Source: a virus (taxonomy: Duplodnaviria > Caudoviricetes). Taken from it: a stretch of 64,000 nucleotides of DNA. The DNA is taken from positions 33 through 64,032 of IMG/VR virus record IMGVR_UViG_3300042519_002516, one strand, 5' to 3'. The notes below the pieces were generated by a model. That model worked only from the letters and a program-made list of their open reading frames with translations, was not told the DNA's origin and did no database searches. How positions within the stretch are numbered: the stretch's first letter is position 1; the number at the start of each line of letters is the position of its first letter. Below are positions 45,101 to 55,440 of this stretch, piece after piece. The position numbers and the translations under genes were made by a program.

Positions 45101-48100
45101 CCTGCGATCCGCATTGTCGGCGCTCGCATGATCGGCCAGCCAAACGTGTCCCGCGACATGGTCATCGCCGACGGCTCGACCATCCGGAACATCATCAACC
45201 ACTACGGCGTGCCGAAGGCCGACTTGCCGCAGGCGAAGTCCAGCGCCGTCGCGCCCAAAGGCCGTAAGTCGCGCAAGAAGGCTGCCGCAGCCGAACCTTC
45301 AAATGAGCAGGACCAACAAACGCAGCAGCCTCCGGAAGCGGCACCGGTGCCGGTGCAGCCGGTGCCAGCTAGGAAGACGCGGCGCAAGAACACTGGCGCT
45401 GCTGAAGGAGATACGGAAGTTGTTCCGGTTGCCGAAGCGGAAGCCGAAGATGCGGTAGCTCCTGTTGCCGAAGCAGCACCGGCCGCCCGCAAGAGCGAGA
45501 AGGCCACCGTGCAGTATTGGCTGGACTCCGGATACTCGGAGGAGGATGCCGAGATGTACGCGCTGATCCACGCTGACGAGGTGGACACCACTCCGGAGGT
45601 TCTCAAGGGTCCGGCGGGTCAGAAGATCCTTGACCTGTTGGAAGATGGCGTGACCGCCGATGAGATCAACGAAGCCGCATCCGAGCTTGACAGCGACGAG
45701 CTATCGGATCTTGAGGAGGCGCTGTCTGCTGCGGCCGACGAGCTGTTGCAAGAAGGCGACGAGGACGGAGAGATGCCGGTTGTCGTTGCGGCTGCCGCGC
45801 TGGTCGACAAGGTGCAGGTTGCCAAGTTCATTCCGGCGAAGGGGAGCAAGGGTAAAGGTAAAGGCAAAGGTGCCGGTAAGGCTGCTGCGCCCGCCGCCGA
45901 AGAACAAGTTTCTCCGGAAGGAGAAGTGCCGACAGACTCGCTACCTGCGGACGAAAAGGCCGACGTGCCTCCTGTTGAGGGGGGTGCGTCGGTTACGCCT
46001 GTGGCTGTCGAAGCCGCTGAATCCCCCGAGGATGCTGATCCGGAAGGCCCGCTCATGCGCAACGATGTGGATGCGCAGAAGACCTATGCGCGTCGGGTAA
46101 AGACCCTCAGCGTGATGGACGTTGAGTTGCGAAAAGCGATGATGGTGTCCTACCTCCGCGAGGCATACTCCAACGACTCCGGTAGCCGGCTTGTCGCCCG
46201 CGCCCTGTGGCGTACCCACGACCTTGACGGCAACCGCCGCACCGAGGTCGAGATGTCCGAGCCGCCGAGGCTTGAACAGCCCGCAGTCAGCGGCAACACT
46301 AACTGGGTCGAGGCCATCGAGCAGATGGCAGAGGCTGCCGCGAAGGCCGCAGCGGGAACACAAACCGAAGCCCGCGACCTCAGCAAAGTGGAGCAGCTTA
46401 CTCCGGCTGAGTATGTGCAAGCCTTCCGCGACCAGCAGCCTAAGTCGCGCCTAACCGACAAGCAGATCCTCGACAACCAGAAGGGCATGCTCAAGCTGGC
46501 GCTCGCCCGCATCTCCGGTGGGGAGTTTGGCTTGAAGCTGTCGTCCGACGCGCTTGCCTTCCACGGCCTGAAGCTTCCGGTAAACTACAAGGCGTCAGGC
46601 GGATTAGCTGTCGGCGTGACGCAAGCAGCAGCGCCAAAGCCCGCTGGCCTTGTTGAACGCCGTGAGTCCGCAGAGGAGGCCGTCACCGACCTTACCTTGC
46701 GGCTAGTCGAATTGTCGGTAGCCACTCCGGTCTTTGACGTCGACGGGGAGCTGACCACCGTTGAATCCCTCCGCGTCGCGCTCACGCAGCTACGGCAGCG
46801 CATTGACGCCGCAATGGACTCCGGCAACCCGATTCCGGATTCCGTTATCGCTATCGGCGAGCAGATGGCCGCCAACCTGCAAGATGCTGAGGCTATCATG
46901 GAGGAGGAGCGGGCCGACATTGAAGCGCGCCTGCGTGCTTTGCAGAAGGCCGACGGCGACGCGCTGCGGGAAGATGGGGCGGCGGACTTGCAGGATGCCA
47001 TCGACGTAGTCTCCGGCAAGAAGGATACCTTTACCGCCCCGAGGAGTAAGAAGGCCGGTAAGCCGGTCGTCCTACCTCCGGCTCCGGTAGCCAACTCCGA
47101 GTTCGGCGAGTTCCGCAACGAGTTCGAGCGCGAGCTGTTTGAGTCGTGGGTTTTAGGGGGGTTCCTCATCGGCAACATCAAAGGAGAGGGACGCTTCGCG
47201 CCGCGAGCATTGCAGGTTATCCGCACGGACGGAACCATCGAGAGCCGACCGCTGAGGGAAACCGAAGTCAAGCAGCAGCTATATGCTGCGGTGAATTCGC
47301 TGTACCCGTTCGTGGAACCAAAAGGCCCCATCGGATTCGTTACCTCCCAGCAGCTTGTCAGCCTCATGGTGGCAGCAGGCCGCGCCCGCATCGCACTACC
47401 GGCGAACGTCGACAAGGAAGGCACTCCGGTGAGCTGGGCTTTCACCAACAACCCGCTTGTCACCGCCGCGCAGATCGACACCGGCAAGCTGGAGCTCATC
47501 GTTCCTAAGGCGTTGCTGAAGGACAAGAACTTTAAGCTGAACCCGTCTATCAAGATCGACGCGAAGACCGGCAGGGTGTTAGGAGTCCACTCCAATCCGG
47601 ATGCCGACGTGGACTTCGGGCTTACTGGAACCAACAAGCTTGTTTCGAAGGAGTACAAGAGCATTAAAGGCACGAAGGCTATGCGCGAGAACGCCGTCCT
47701 ACGGGAACCGGCGAGCAAACACCTTAGGCCGAGGCCGGAGCGCACCGTGACCATCGGAAAGAAGGTATTCACCCTTCCGGCGAACGAGCTATCCGCCGGC
47801 CGCAGCCCGATCAACAAGGTTATCACCACCTTCAACGAGGCGATCAACGACGCGTACTCGGCCATCGCCAACTCGTACACGGTTCGGGAGCTGGTCAACT
47901 ACTACAAGCTCGGCGACAAGTTCGCCATGGAGGCCGGAGACCAAGCAATCTACGAGTACGGCGCGCACCTAAAGAAGTACGCCATTGCTCGCGCCATTGA
48001 CGACGCCCTTGCGATTGCCAAGCTCGCCGACCCTAAGGCTACGCTGCTCAGTGTAGACGTAGCGAAGATTGTTTCCGACAGCCTTGTTTCCGTAACCAAG

Positions 48101-51100
48101 GATGGCGGGGCTCCGAACATCAAGGAGACTTTGCAGATCCTATCAAAAGGCACGAAGCTGGAAGGCGCAACTGACACAGCAAAGCTCAACGACTTCGGTC
48201 GCCAGATGCACGCGCTGTTAGTAAGCACCTACCGCGCCGGCGTGCCGTCGTTCACGAAGCTGTTCGAGCGCGCCGCTCGCGCCGCAGCAGCCTCACAGAA
48301 CCGGCGTCCGGAGAACCGCACCTTCAGCTACGATGATCCGAACGCGGAGATGACCATCGGGCAGATCATGGATGTGCAGGCCTACGGCTGGGAGGGAGCC
48401 ATTGCCCGCGCAGACAGTACTGTGTTAGGCCAGCTTGCCGTGACACTTGAGGACTCGCCGGAAGCTTACGACCTGCTGTTTCGCATCGTCCGGCGCGCCG
48501 TCCCTGAGCTCAACGAGGAGACCGATCCGAAGGAGCTCATCATGCTTGCCGGCGGCCTGCTCGCCAATACGGAGACCGCAGACGCCCGCCGGATTCTGGC
48601 AACGCTGAAAGGCGATGAAGGCCTCAAGCTCGCCAACCACCTCATCGACTTGGGCTGGCTCCCTGCGGCCTCCGGTGAGCAAGTCATCACTCCGGTCGAC
48701 CGTCGCCAGATTCCGGAATCCGTAGACCGGCAGATTGATTCCGTCTTGGGCAAAGGTGCGCTCAATCAGCGTGAGCGCAACGTGCGTCTGAAGATGGCGA
48801 AGAAGGTTGCCGACCGCATCACCGGCGTCTACCTCAGCCGTTCCGAGGATGGGGCTCCGGTGGCGGAAGCCGCCCGCAAGTCGAACCGAAAGGCGCTGGC
48901 CGACCTACAAATTGAGTCCAACGATCCAGAGTCTGTTGTAGAGGGACTGCGCGAGATTGCCCGCACCGGCTTGCCGCAGCATCGGGTCATTGCCAACCTG
49001 CTGTTGGAGAATCCGGATCTGATCCGTAGCGTCAACTTCAACATTGGCGACTTCAACGACGTTCGGTTCGCTGGCGCGTACCTTCCGGACTCCAACCTCG
49101 TCGTGTTCAACCTCTCCGGCCACAACGGCAGAGGTGCCGCCGACGTCCTATTGCATGAGTACCTGCACGCAGTAACGCACCAGATCATGCGCAACCCGCA
49201 GACGGCGGCGCAGCGTAGCGCGGTTGCCCGTGTCCGCGCCCTGCGCCTGCTCACCAAAAACTATGCGGACCGTACCGGCGTGAACATGAACCGCTTCGGC
49301 GACCCGCTGAACAGCGACTTGGAGTTCATCACCTATGCGCTGACCTCTCCGGAGTTCCAAGGCATCATCGCCGGCGCTACTCCGGCGGCCCAACGGTCGC
49401 TGCTGCGCCGTGTGATCGACGCCCTTCTCAGTGTCTTGGGCAAGTCGAAACCGGAGTCCTCGTTGCCGGATGCCGTTAACGAGCTGATTGACTTCACCCG
49501 CATGTTCTCCGGAGAGAGCACCTTCAGCATTGACGTCAACCGCACGGCGGCGCATCAAGCTGAGAGCATTGCCTATGCGTTGGAGGAGTTGGAGAGCGAG
49601 CTCGCCGCGACCGAAGGCGAGCTGGTTTCCACTGATGCCGTTTTGTTTGAGCGGTTGTCGGCAATGGACGCCGAGTACCTTGCGGCGGTTGAGGCCGGCG
49701 ACATGGAGACGGCGCAGCGGTTGGTGGATGAGGCTGCTGAGGCTGCTGGGTACAACCGAAAGGGGTACCACGCATCCGAAGATCCTATTGAGGTTTTTGA
49801 TCGCGGCAAGTCAACCTATGGTTTTTGGTTCGCCGACAACAGGGAGGCGGCCGTTAACTATTTTCGGTGGAGGACCAGAAACATGCTTGCTCCGGTTGTG
49901 ACTGAGGCCTATCTTAAGGTTGAGAACCCCAAGGAGTACGGTCGTTTCTGGAATGATTTTGAGCGGGATGTCCGTAAGTTCCCGAGCAGGGAGGCGTGGG
50001 CCAAATCCCTTGAGGCCTCCGGCGCAGACTCTATTGTTATTGGAGAGGATCGGTGGTTGGACATCGACGGACCCAACGCGGCATACGGGGAGCAATTCGT
50101 GGTGTTCTCTCCGGAACAAATCAAGTCCGCCGACCCGATCACCCGTGACGCCGACGGCAACGTGATCCCGCTGAGCCAGCGGTTTGACTCGACTAAGGAT
50201 TCGATCCTTTACTCGAAGTCTGATCCGCAGGCTGGTTCTGTAGCCCTAGATCCGGCACCCTTTATCCGGAATCTGCTACCGTCCGGAATGGTCCTGCGGG
50301 CCAATCCGAATATGAAGGGCGCGGCCGGTGTGCATCCGGATTCGCCGACGGTGCTACAGATCCACCCTGAGCACATCAACAATCTGGTTGCCGGCTTGGA
50401 CAAGCGGGCGGCCGAGGCTGTGCTGACGTCATTGGTCGACCATGAGGTTGCCCATGCTGCGGTGTTCAGCGAGCTTACTGAACAAGACGTTGAGGCGATT
50501 ATCTCCGACATCGGAGAGGACGTCCTGCAAGCCACCGCGCTGCGCTACTACGGCAACACCTACGAGACTCCGGCAGAGGTTGCCGCTGCCGTGAAGGCCG
50601 ACCGTGAATCCGGCTCGCTTACCGACCGCACCATTGCCCATGAGTGGCTCCGGATGCAGGTTGAGCTTAGGACGAAAGGCTCGACCTACGAGTCCGACCT
50701 GCGTTACAACCGCTCCGGCGCTCCGGCGATCATCAAGATCATCGCGCGGGCGCTCGCCAAATTCGCACGGGCGATGCGGGACCGCTTCGGCGCGAAGCCG
50801 ACGGCCGAGACCGCAGCCTCCATCTCGAAAGCCGAGCGTGCCTTCCGGCAAATGACCGCAACGTCCAACAGGGACAGCGGCCTGCTACCGGATTCCGGAG
50901 ACCAGACTCTTGAGTTCTTCTCCGCGTTGGACGGAGCGCCAATGGACGACCGCGCCGTGTTCTCACTTCCGGTGCTGCACTCCAATCCGCAGAAGGTCGA
51001 GCGCATGCTGGAGAAGCTGAAGCTCTACAACCTGCCTTCGGTGCTGCGCGATGTGGTGGCGATGCGCGACGGCGCGACCAACACGGTGTCGGCGGTCATC

Positions 51101-53968
51101 AAATCGTTCACGAAGCGGTTTCCTAAATTGTACAAGGAAGCCATCAAGGCCAACGTGGCTCCGGAGGACATCTCGATGCTGTTAGGCACCACTGCTCCTA
51201 TGGTAACGGACGCCGACCGCGACGTTATTGAAAAGCAAGTCAAGGCGTTTGCCGACGCGCTGCCGGCGGACACTCCGTACGTTGAATCCGAAAGGCTCCT
51301 CGGCGAGAAGCGTTCTGCATTGCTGGCCTCCGTCCGGCTTGCCTACGGCGAGGCGTTCCGGAAGCAGCAGAAGGCTGCCGAGGATCGGGTACGGGCTGCC
51401 GGATTCCCTAGGCTGGTTGCCGAGATGGCAGCGGTCCGTCAGGAAATCAACAAGTACAGCGACCACCTCGGCTTCGAGGACTCCGGCGATGTGTACCTGA
51501 CCCGCTCCTACCGGTTCTTCACGACGACCGGATGGGCGATGGCCGCACGCTCCGGCACCGGCATCCTCGACGTCGACGGGAAGAAGGTCGACTTCGACAA
51601 GCTGCGTGCTGTCGCCGCTGAATCCTACGCCGAGCAGGCCGAGCAGGAGCTCCGCAAGGCAGCCAACGGCATGCCGGTGACGGACGCCGCGATTGCGCTA
51701 CGCACCGCCGAGATGCTGGATGATTACCTTGCGACGCTGCAACGCCTGTCGACTTCGGTTGATCCGGCGATGGTCGAGTCTATCAAGCAAGACATCAACC
51801 GCCTTAAGCCTAAGCGCGACATCAACGAAGCGATGCGCGAGCTGTTGGGCGAGCACGATGATCCGATGTACAACGCGGTGAACACCCTTCATCGGGTCAG
51901 CCAGATGGCGATCAACCAGCGGTTCCAGAAGGACTTCGCCAAGCAGCTCATCGACCTCAAGCTGGCGACGCGCAACCCTGATCCGAACAGTAAGGATCAG
52001 GTGCAGCTCTACGACGCACGCATGCACCCCACCGTCGGGCCTATGGCCGGCCTGTGGGTTGACAAGAACATTGCGAACGTCTGGCGCGAGGCCTTCGGCA
52101 GCAACGGCTCCGGTCAGGAGTCCAACTCCACGGCGCTCATCTCCGGCGTTGGCCGTGGGCTGTCCCGCCTCACCGGCTTGTCGATGCACGTCAAGACACA
52201 GTTAGGTGTGGGCTACTACGTCCGCAACGCCATCGGCGGGTTCATCATGGGCGCAGCCCAAGGCATCCTGTGGACTCCGTTCACGAAGGCTGGACGCGAT
52301 GCCGCCATCCAGTCACGCAACGCTGCGTTCTCCAACCTGACGGACGAGCAGCACCGCGAGCAGGTGCTGCGGCTTATCGAGCTCAACATCCTCAACGACC
52401 AGTCGCAGTCGCGGGTGGTGCAGGACTTGCTGCGGGGCTTCGCTTCCACGCCGCAGAACGACCTTGCCGAACTGATGGCAGACATCGAGGAGGCTCGCGT
52501 CACCGAGGGCAAAGGCGGGGCGATTGCCAACGCGCTCAAGACCGGCAAGTTTACCGGCCACCTGAAGGGCCTCGCGGCCTTAGGAACCGCCAAATACGGG
52601 TCGTTTGTGCAGGTTCTGTCCGCACTGGACGCAACGGTGGACGGGATGTACAAGGCTAACGCTTTCTACTTTGAACTCAACGCGCTTAAGCAACACCACG
52701 GCGACAGCTTGTCGCAGGAGGAGCTTGAGGTAGCGGCCGCCCGCAAGGTCAAGCTGACCTTCGCCGGCCACTCGCAGGTGATTGATCCCGTCAAGTCCTT
52801 CAACCGGAGCCCGCTCGCGCAGGTTGTCCTGCCGTTTGCCCGATGGAAGTCCGAGGTCATCCGCACGATGCTGAACACCGTGCCGCTGGCGCTAGAGGAA
52901 ATCGCAGCGGGAGGTAGCATGCGCATGCGCGGCGTCCGGCGTCTCGCAGGGTTCACTGCAACCCTAACTGCGGCTCCGATGATCTTAGGCACATTTGCAA
53001 CGCTGGTCTTCCGCGCACTCACCGGAGACGATGAGGATGATGAGCGTCGCCTGAACAGAGATGAGCTCGCAGGATTGCGCGAGGCATTGCCGGAATGGCA
53101 GAAGGGCCACCAGCTCTTCGCGCAGGTGTTGTCCGGCGGCAAGGTGCAGCTCATCGACATGAGCTACGTCCTACCGCACAGCCAGATCACCGACATCTCG
53201 TCGATGATGATCGACGGCATTGCCTCCGGCCGAGGCATCGAAGGCGGGCGGATCGCCAGCTACGTCGTCAAGGACATGATCGGCACGCAGATTGCCTTCG
53301 GCACTGCGGACCAGATCCTCAACAACCGCGACGACTTCGACCGCCCGATCTACCTTGAGACGGATTCCACCGCGCACAAGGTCGGTTCCATCCTGAGCTT
53401 CTACGTCCGCAACGCAGCCGAACCTTCGGTTGTCGCCAAGGGCAGGGACATCCTGCGCACCGGACAGCAGAACCGGTTGGAGCTGATCGCCGGCGAGTTG
53501 CTAGGGGTGCGGCCGAAGTCCTACCAGTTCGACGACATCGAGCGCAGGGGCTTCCGGAACCTTAAGACCGTACAAGACAATGCGGTTGGCGTCATCGGCG
53601 AGCTGGCCTCCGGCCGCTACAAGGACGGCGACCAGATCGGTGAGATTGTTGACCGCCATCAGGACGGCCTCAACGAAACGCAGCGTCGCATGAACCAGTT
53701 CATCCGCACGATGAGCAGCCTAGGTTCTTCCCAAGCCTCCATCCGTGCATCAGCTAAGCTGTACCGGTTCAGCGACGACACGATTGACAGCGCGTTCTCG
53801 GGCTACCGCGTCGCATGGTATCCGGATTCCGGAAACAAGTGGGCGGATAAGGTCTACGAGAACACGCAGCGGGCTGGCGAGCAAGATCCAGCAGAGAAGC
53901 TACGGCTTATCTACGAGGCCTTGCAGCGCAAGCCGGACCTCTACTGGGTCAACGAGCGTTCCGATTAG
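42128..53968 (+). CDS. Giant (3946 aa) polyvalent or internal virion protein with two zincin HExxH domains and an ADP-ribosyltransferase-like (ART-PolyVal) domain
   Basis: HEYLH (49154-68) and HEVAH (50441-55). AGDMETAQRLVDEAA..AGY...YHAS...GFWF...YLKVENP...VVFSPEQIKSADPITRD.DGNVIPLSQRF spans about 49664-50215. Confidence 0.75.
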   Translation: MPDVKKFSEWSLDAKITEPTDQLREYSNYVRTAYMRSGELTGEVETEIQNGAWDKANELNLLPADAPDEERQKAFRSMLAPKQDVDKDARFVLDYYAKSFTDELDDPTEAKEREEVLRTYLARRKAFPESAAELQESVNGILSDADTVRRARIAAVDRGDMPVVALREADGNTSFYAKPDVDDKYVAGSFDTLVATGAVDPSDAYYLKDFTAPTLGGATTKSRLAGFDEFRRVFGEMSENDPELLKRLEAASTEYTRSGQRSQRSVVAVAGDLLGEGLAALASPITDGIGGPQEFVSSDIAAQLLKTPAIARKYSKEQLEQYAQDLVLHTSKPVYNAEKPESGIAVDSNGIPVIAPALLVRDDAFGAAMEAAGLNDAQKEYAIGNRERDLAAQTPEFKRLIFDNDFDAVDLYAQAKASGKSDEQFVREYFSNDDNYSSFATTAKGFGMSLAKVVSEIPLAVAAIAGSEGSAKVLVDMNKDAQDRVEYARMFGDEFGIGRDALFMLPQLATDILLTVGTAGVGTALKKGGTALASGVGRGLERASARKMAATLGRAALEASPEGATAVRKLVSGVTDASVKEAFEKVAESTVRRHLRNAAAVTPVAITSFARSASSTYGSLYSMLPDDLSHEEKNRQVVPFAIASGFSTAIITSALSYIGQGGFEDLATGRLTAAGTSSQAAGSRFIPLEKLTGRQLKYLHEQVRNAGRSMTDKEFQTVLRTELSGAYKQTFRNIFDGVKSEAFEETLDQAFQIGIQDLATGKKTSLDEIGSQLLSSAILGGAMGGGGNAITEAKPMSRSQRTQALEATGELLTNIVGKLKSAGSPQTAAALATRMNLANAAAERSRRADLREQAAREEAAKAIKAGDLDPTDNDVNSAKPDNTLLIEQIGERVQIGGYTGTLELNPESGAVQLKLAKPLKDGQTHFNVGSKYDNSAKAGVVPTGTLPKLGQDSGPIKAGTPYLMPDKGSKAKFALPDTVAGVEYIENFGGAPAIRIVGARMIGQPNVSRDMVIADGSTIRNIINHYGVPKADLPQAKSSAVAPKGRKSRKKAAAAEPSNEQDQQTQQPPEAAPVPVQPVPARKTRRKNTGAAEGDTEVVPVAEAEAEDAVAPVAEAAPAARKSEKATVQYWLDSGYSEEDAEMYALIHADEVDTTPEVLKGPAGQKILDLLEDGVTADEINEAASELDSDELSDLEEALSAAADELLQEGDEDGEMPVVVAAAALVDKVQVAKFIPAKGSKGKGKGKGAGKAAAPAAEEQVSPEGEVPTDSLPADEKADVPPVEGGASVTPVAVEAAESPEDADPEGPLMRNDVDAQKTYARRVKTLSVMDVELRKAMMVSYLREAYSNDSGSRLVARALWRTHDLDGNRRTEVEMSEPPRLEQPAVSGNTNWVEAIEQMAEAAAKAAAGTQTEARDLSKVEQLTPAEYVQAFRDQQPKSRLTDKQILDNQKGMLKLALARISGGEFGLKLSSDALAFHGLKLPVNYKASGGLAVGVTQAAAPKPAGLVERRESAEEAVTDLTLRLVELSVATPVFDVDGELTTVESLRVALTQLRQRIDAAMDSGNPIPDSVIAIGEQMAANLQDAEAIMEEERADIEARLRALQKADGDALREDGAADLQDAIDVVSGKKDTFTAPRSKKAGKPVVLPPAPVANSEFGEFRNEFERELFESWVLGGFLIGNIKGEGRFAPRALQVIRTDGTIESRPLRETEVKQQLYAAVNSLYPFVEPKGPIGFVTSQQLVSLMVAAGRARIALPANVDKEGTPVSWAFTNNPLVTAAQIDTGKLELIVPKALLKDKNFKLNPSIKIDAKTGRVLGVHSNPDADVDFGLTGTNKLVSKEYKSIKGTKAMRENAVLREPASKHLRPRPERTVTIGKKVFTLPANELSAGRSPINKVITTFNEAINDAYSAIANSYTVRELVNYYKLGDKFAMEAGDQAIYEYGAHLKKYAIARAIDDALAIAKLADPKATLLSVDVAKIVSDSLVSVTKDGGAPNIKETLQILSKGTKLEGATDTAKLNDFGRQMHALLVSTYRAGVPSFTKLFERAARAAAASQNRRPENRTFSYDDPNAEMTIGQIMDVQAYGWEGAIARADSTVLGQLAVTLEDSPEAYDLLFRIVRRAVPELNEETDPKELIMLAGGLLANTETADARRILATLKGDEGLKLANHLIDLGWLPAASGEQVITPVDRRQIPESVDRQIDSVLGKGALNQRERNVRLKMAKKVADRITGVYLSRSEDGAPVAEAARKSNRKALADLQIESNDPESVVEGLREIARTGLPQHRVIANLLLENPDLIRSVNFNIGDFNDVRFAGAYLPDSNLVVFNLSGHNGRGAADVLLHEYLHAVTHQIMRNPQTAAQRSAVARVRALRLLTKNYADRTGVNMNRFGDPLNSDLEFITYALTSPEFQGIIAGATPAAQRSLLRRVIDALLSVLGKSKPESSLPDAVNELIDFTRMFSGESTFSIDVNRTAAHQAESIAYALEELESELAATEGELVSTDAVLFERLSAMDAEYLAAVEAGDMETAQRLVDEAAEAAGYNRKGYHASEDPIEVFDRGKSTYGFWFADNREAAVNYFRWRTRNMLAPVVTEAYLKVENPKEYGRFWNDFERDVRKFPSREAWAKSLEASGADSIVIGEDRWLDIDGPNAAYGEQFVVFSPEQIKSADPITRDADGNVIPLSQRFDSTKDSILYSKSDPQAGSVALDPAPFIRNLLPSGMVLRANPNMKGAAGVHPDSPTVLQIHPEHINNLVAGLDKRAAEAVLTSLVDHEVAHAAVFSELTEQDVEAIISDIGEDVLQATALRYYGNTYETPAEVAAAVKADRESGSLTDRTIAHEWLRMQVELRTKGSTYESDLRYNRSGAPAIIKIIARALAKFARAMRDRFGAKPTAETAASISKAERAFRQMTATSNRDSGLLPDSGDQTLEFFSALDGAPMDDRAVFSLPVLHSNPQKVERMLEKLKLYNLPSVLRDVVAMRDGATNTVSAVIKSFTKRFPKLYKEAIKANVAPEDISMLLGTTAPMVTDADRDVIEKQVKAFADALPADTPYVESERLLGEKRSALLASVRLAYGEAFRKQQKAAEDRVRAAGFPRLVAEMAAVRQEINKYSDHLGFEDSGDVYLTRSYRFFTTTGWAMAARSGTGILDVDGKKVDFDKLRAVAAESYAEQAEQELRKAANGMPVTDAAIALRTAEMLDDYLATLQRLSTSVDPAMVESIKQDINRLKPKRDINEAMRELLGEHDDPMYNAVNTLHRVSQMAINQRFQKDFAKQLIDLKLATRNPDPNSKDQVQLYDARMHPTVGPMAGLWVDKNIANVWREAFGSNGSGQESNSTALISGVGRGLSRLTGLSMHVKTQLGVGYYVRNAIGGFIMGAAQGILWTPFTKAGRDAAIQSRNAAFSNLTDEQHREQVLRLIELNILNDQSQSRVVQDLLRGFASTPQNDLAELMADIEEARVTEGKGGAIANALKTGKFTGHLKGLAALGTAKYGSFVQVLSALDATVDGMYKANAFYFELNALKQHHGDSLSQEELEVAAARKVKLTFAGHSQVIDPVKSFNRSPLAQVVLPFARWKSEVIRTMLNTVPLALEEIAAGGSMRMRGVRRLAGFTATLTAAPMILGTFATLVFRALTGDDEDDERRLNRDELAGLREALPEWQKGHQLFAQVLSGGKVQLIDMSYVLPHSQITDISSMMIDGIASGRGIEGGRIASYVVKDMIGTQIAFGTADQILNNRDDFDRPIYLETDSTAHKVGSILSFYVRNAAEPSVVAKGRDILRTGQQNRLELIAGELLGVRPKSYQFDDIERRGFRNLKTVQDNAVGVIGELASGRYKDGDQIGEIVDRHQDGLNETQRRMNQFIRTMSSLGSSQASIRASAKLYRFSDDTIDSAFSGYRVAWYPDSGNKWADKVYENTQRAGEQDPAEKLRLIYEALQRKPDLYWVNERSD

Positions 53969-54055
53969 CGAAGTAGCTCTTCAGGCTATAGTAGAGGATC
54001 ATAATCAACGGCAGCGGGCCTATCATAAACAGGACAAGGAGGCTAATGGCAGCTT

Positions 54056-55394
54056 TCATAGTGCCTTTTTATTTGAGGTTCGCTGCCGCTTGCTTGCCGC
54101 ATTGTACGCATGGTACACGGCGCGCATGCCGGATAGGCTCAGGTCGTGGAACCACCGGATGAGGTGGCTCCGCTCCGCGAACTCGGCATGCCGGCTGCCG
54201 GCGGCGGTTGCCTGCACGCCGGCTCCTTCGGACTCATCGAAGTCTCTCAACCAACCCTCCTGTCCACGAACGCCGCTGTCCAACCGGAGTCGTCGGCGCG
54301 CTGCTCATCGTAGGCGTTGTGGGTGTACATGACATTGTCCGCCACTCGCTCAGACTCCGGCTTGCACCTGCACCTGCCGGTCAAGGTATGGGCGCGGCTG
54401 TCTTCCTTCGGTATTACGTGTCCTTCTATTTGCTTTGTCTTCATGTTTGGTTTCTCAGTCTTTCTAGTTCAGCTTGCTTCTCCTCATGCTTCTCCTTCGT
54501 GAGAATACGCAAGACCATTTTTGCGCCGTCGGATTTGCGGGTGATCTCTGTCTCGTAGTTCACACCCAACCACCTTATCACGGCGTCGATAGCTTCATGG
54601 GGGATTGTCGTGGGGTCTATTGGCTCCTCCATTATTCTAGTCGGTAGGCGCATTGTACAGGTCTTCGATGAACCGCTGCACCGGCAGCAGCTCATACATC
54701 TCGTCCTCCTCCTCCTCCAATCCGGCAGCCGTTCCGAGGCTCCGGAGAAAAGTGTCCCTGATCCGTTGCAGGTGTAAGGTACTGGATCGCAGGCTGATGC
54801 CGTCGACGTACGCGGTGAAGCTGAAGCCGTACTTGCGGTTGGGCTCCGCGCGCATGCTGATGATGTTGAGGCCGGTGTCGAACTCGGCTTCCATTAGTAG
54901 TTTGGTATTGGACATAGGTGTGTTGGATTGGGGTTACCTTTATTCAGTTATCTTGTTTCTAGTTAGTCTTGATCCGGCGCTTCGACCATGCGGACGGCGA
55001 CGCGGATTGCTGAGCATCCAACACGCTCCCTTGCTTGTTTTTCTGTTGCGTATGCCCATATCGCGCCGTCAGGGTACACATTCACCCACGACTCAAGCGG
55101 CTTCGCCGGTTCTTCCGGAAGCGAGACGAGCTCAAGCACGAACCACGGGTACTGGAAGTCCGCTACGCCGTCCTCTAACCCGAAGCCGGCTCCTCTATCC
55201 TTCGTGAGAATTTTGAATTCGCCCGCCCCCACCATAGCTGGAGCCCAGCTGTTCCCCCAGCCGGCCTCGTGGGTTTCAGCCGTCCGGACTACGCGGACCG
55301 TGCTGCCAACAGGCCAGTCCGGAATCAGGGTCTTGTATGCCGCGCGCTCTGTGTCGATCTGCTCAGGTGTCTTGGTTGTCTTTGGTGTTTTCAT
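54056..55394 (-). CDS. Cluster of five small hypothetical early genes (54056-54283, 54247-54444, 54441-54695, 54637-54915, 54963-55394)
   Basis: Co-oriented, tightly packed ORFs with A/C-rich leaders. Start codons are uncertain. Confidence 0.6.
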
Positions 55395-55440
55395 AGGTCA
55401 GTGTTTCTTTGTTAGGTTAGGGTCAGTTGCTGGTCAAGGA

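Noticed and set aside
42128-53968. Virion RNA polymerase (N4- or crAss-like) within the giant protein
   Set aside because: No convincing DxDGD motif or ordered T7/N4-type motif A/B/C set was found by eye. It cannot be fully excluded without HMM or structure searches.
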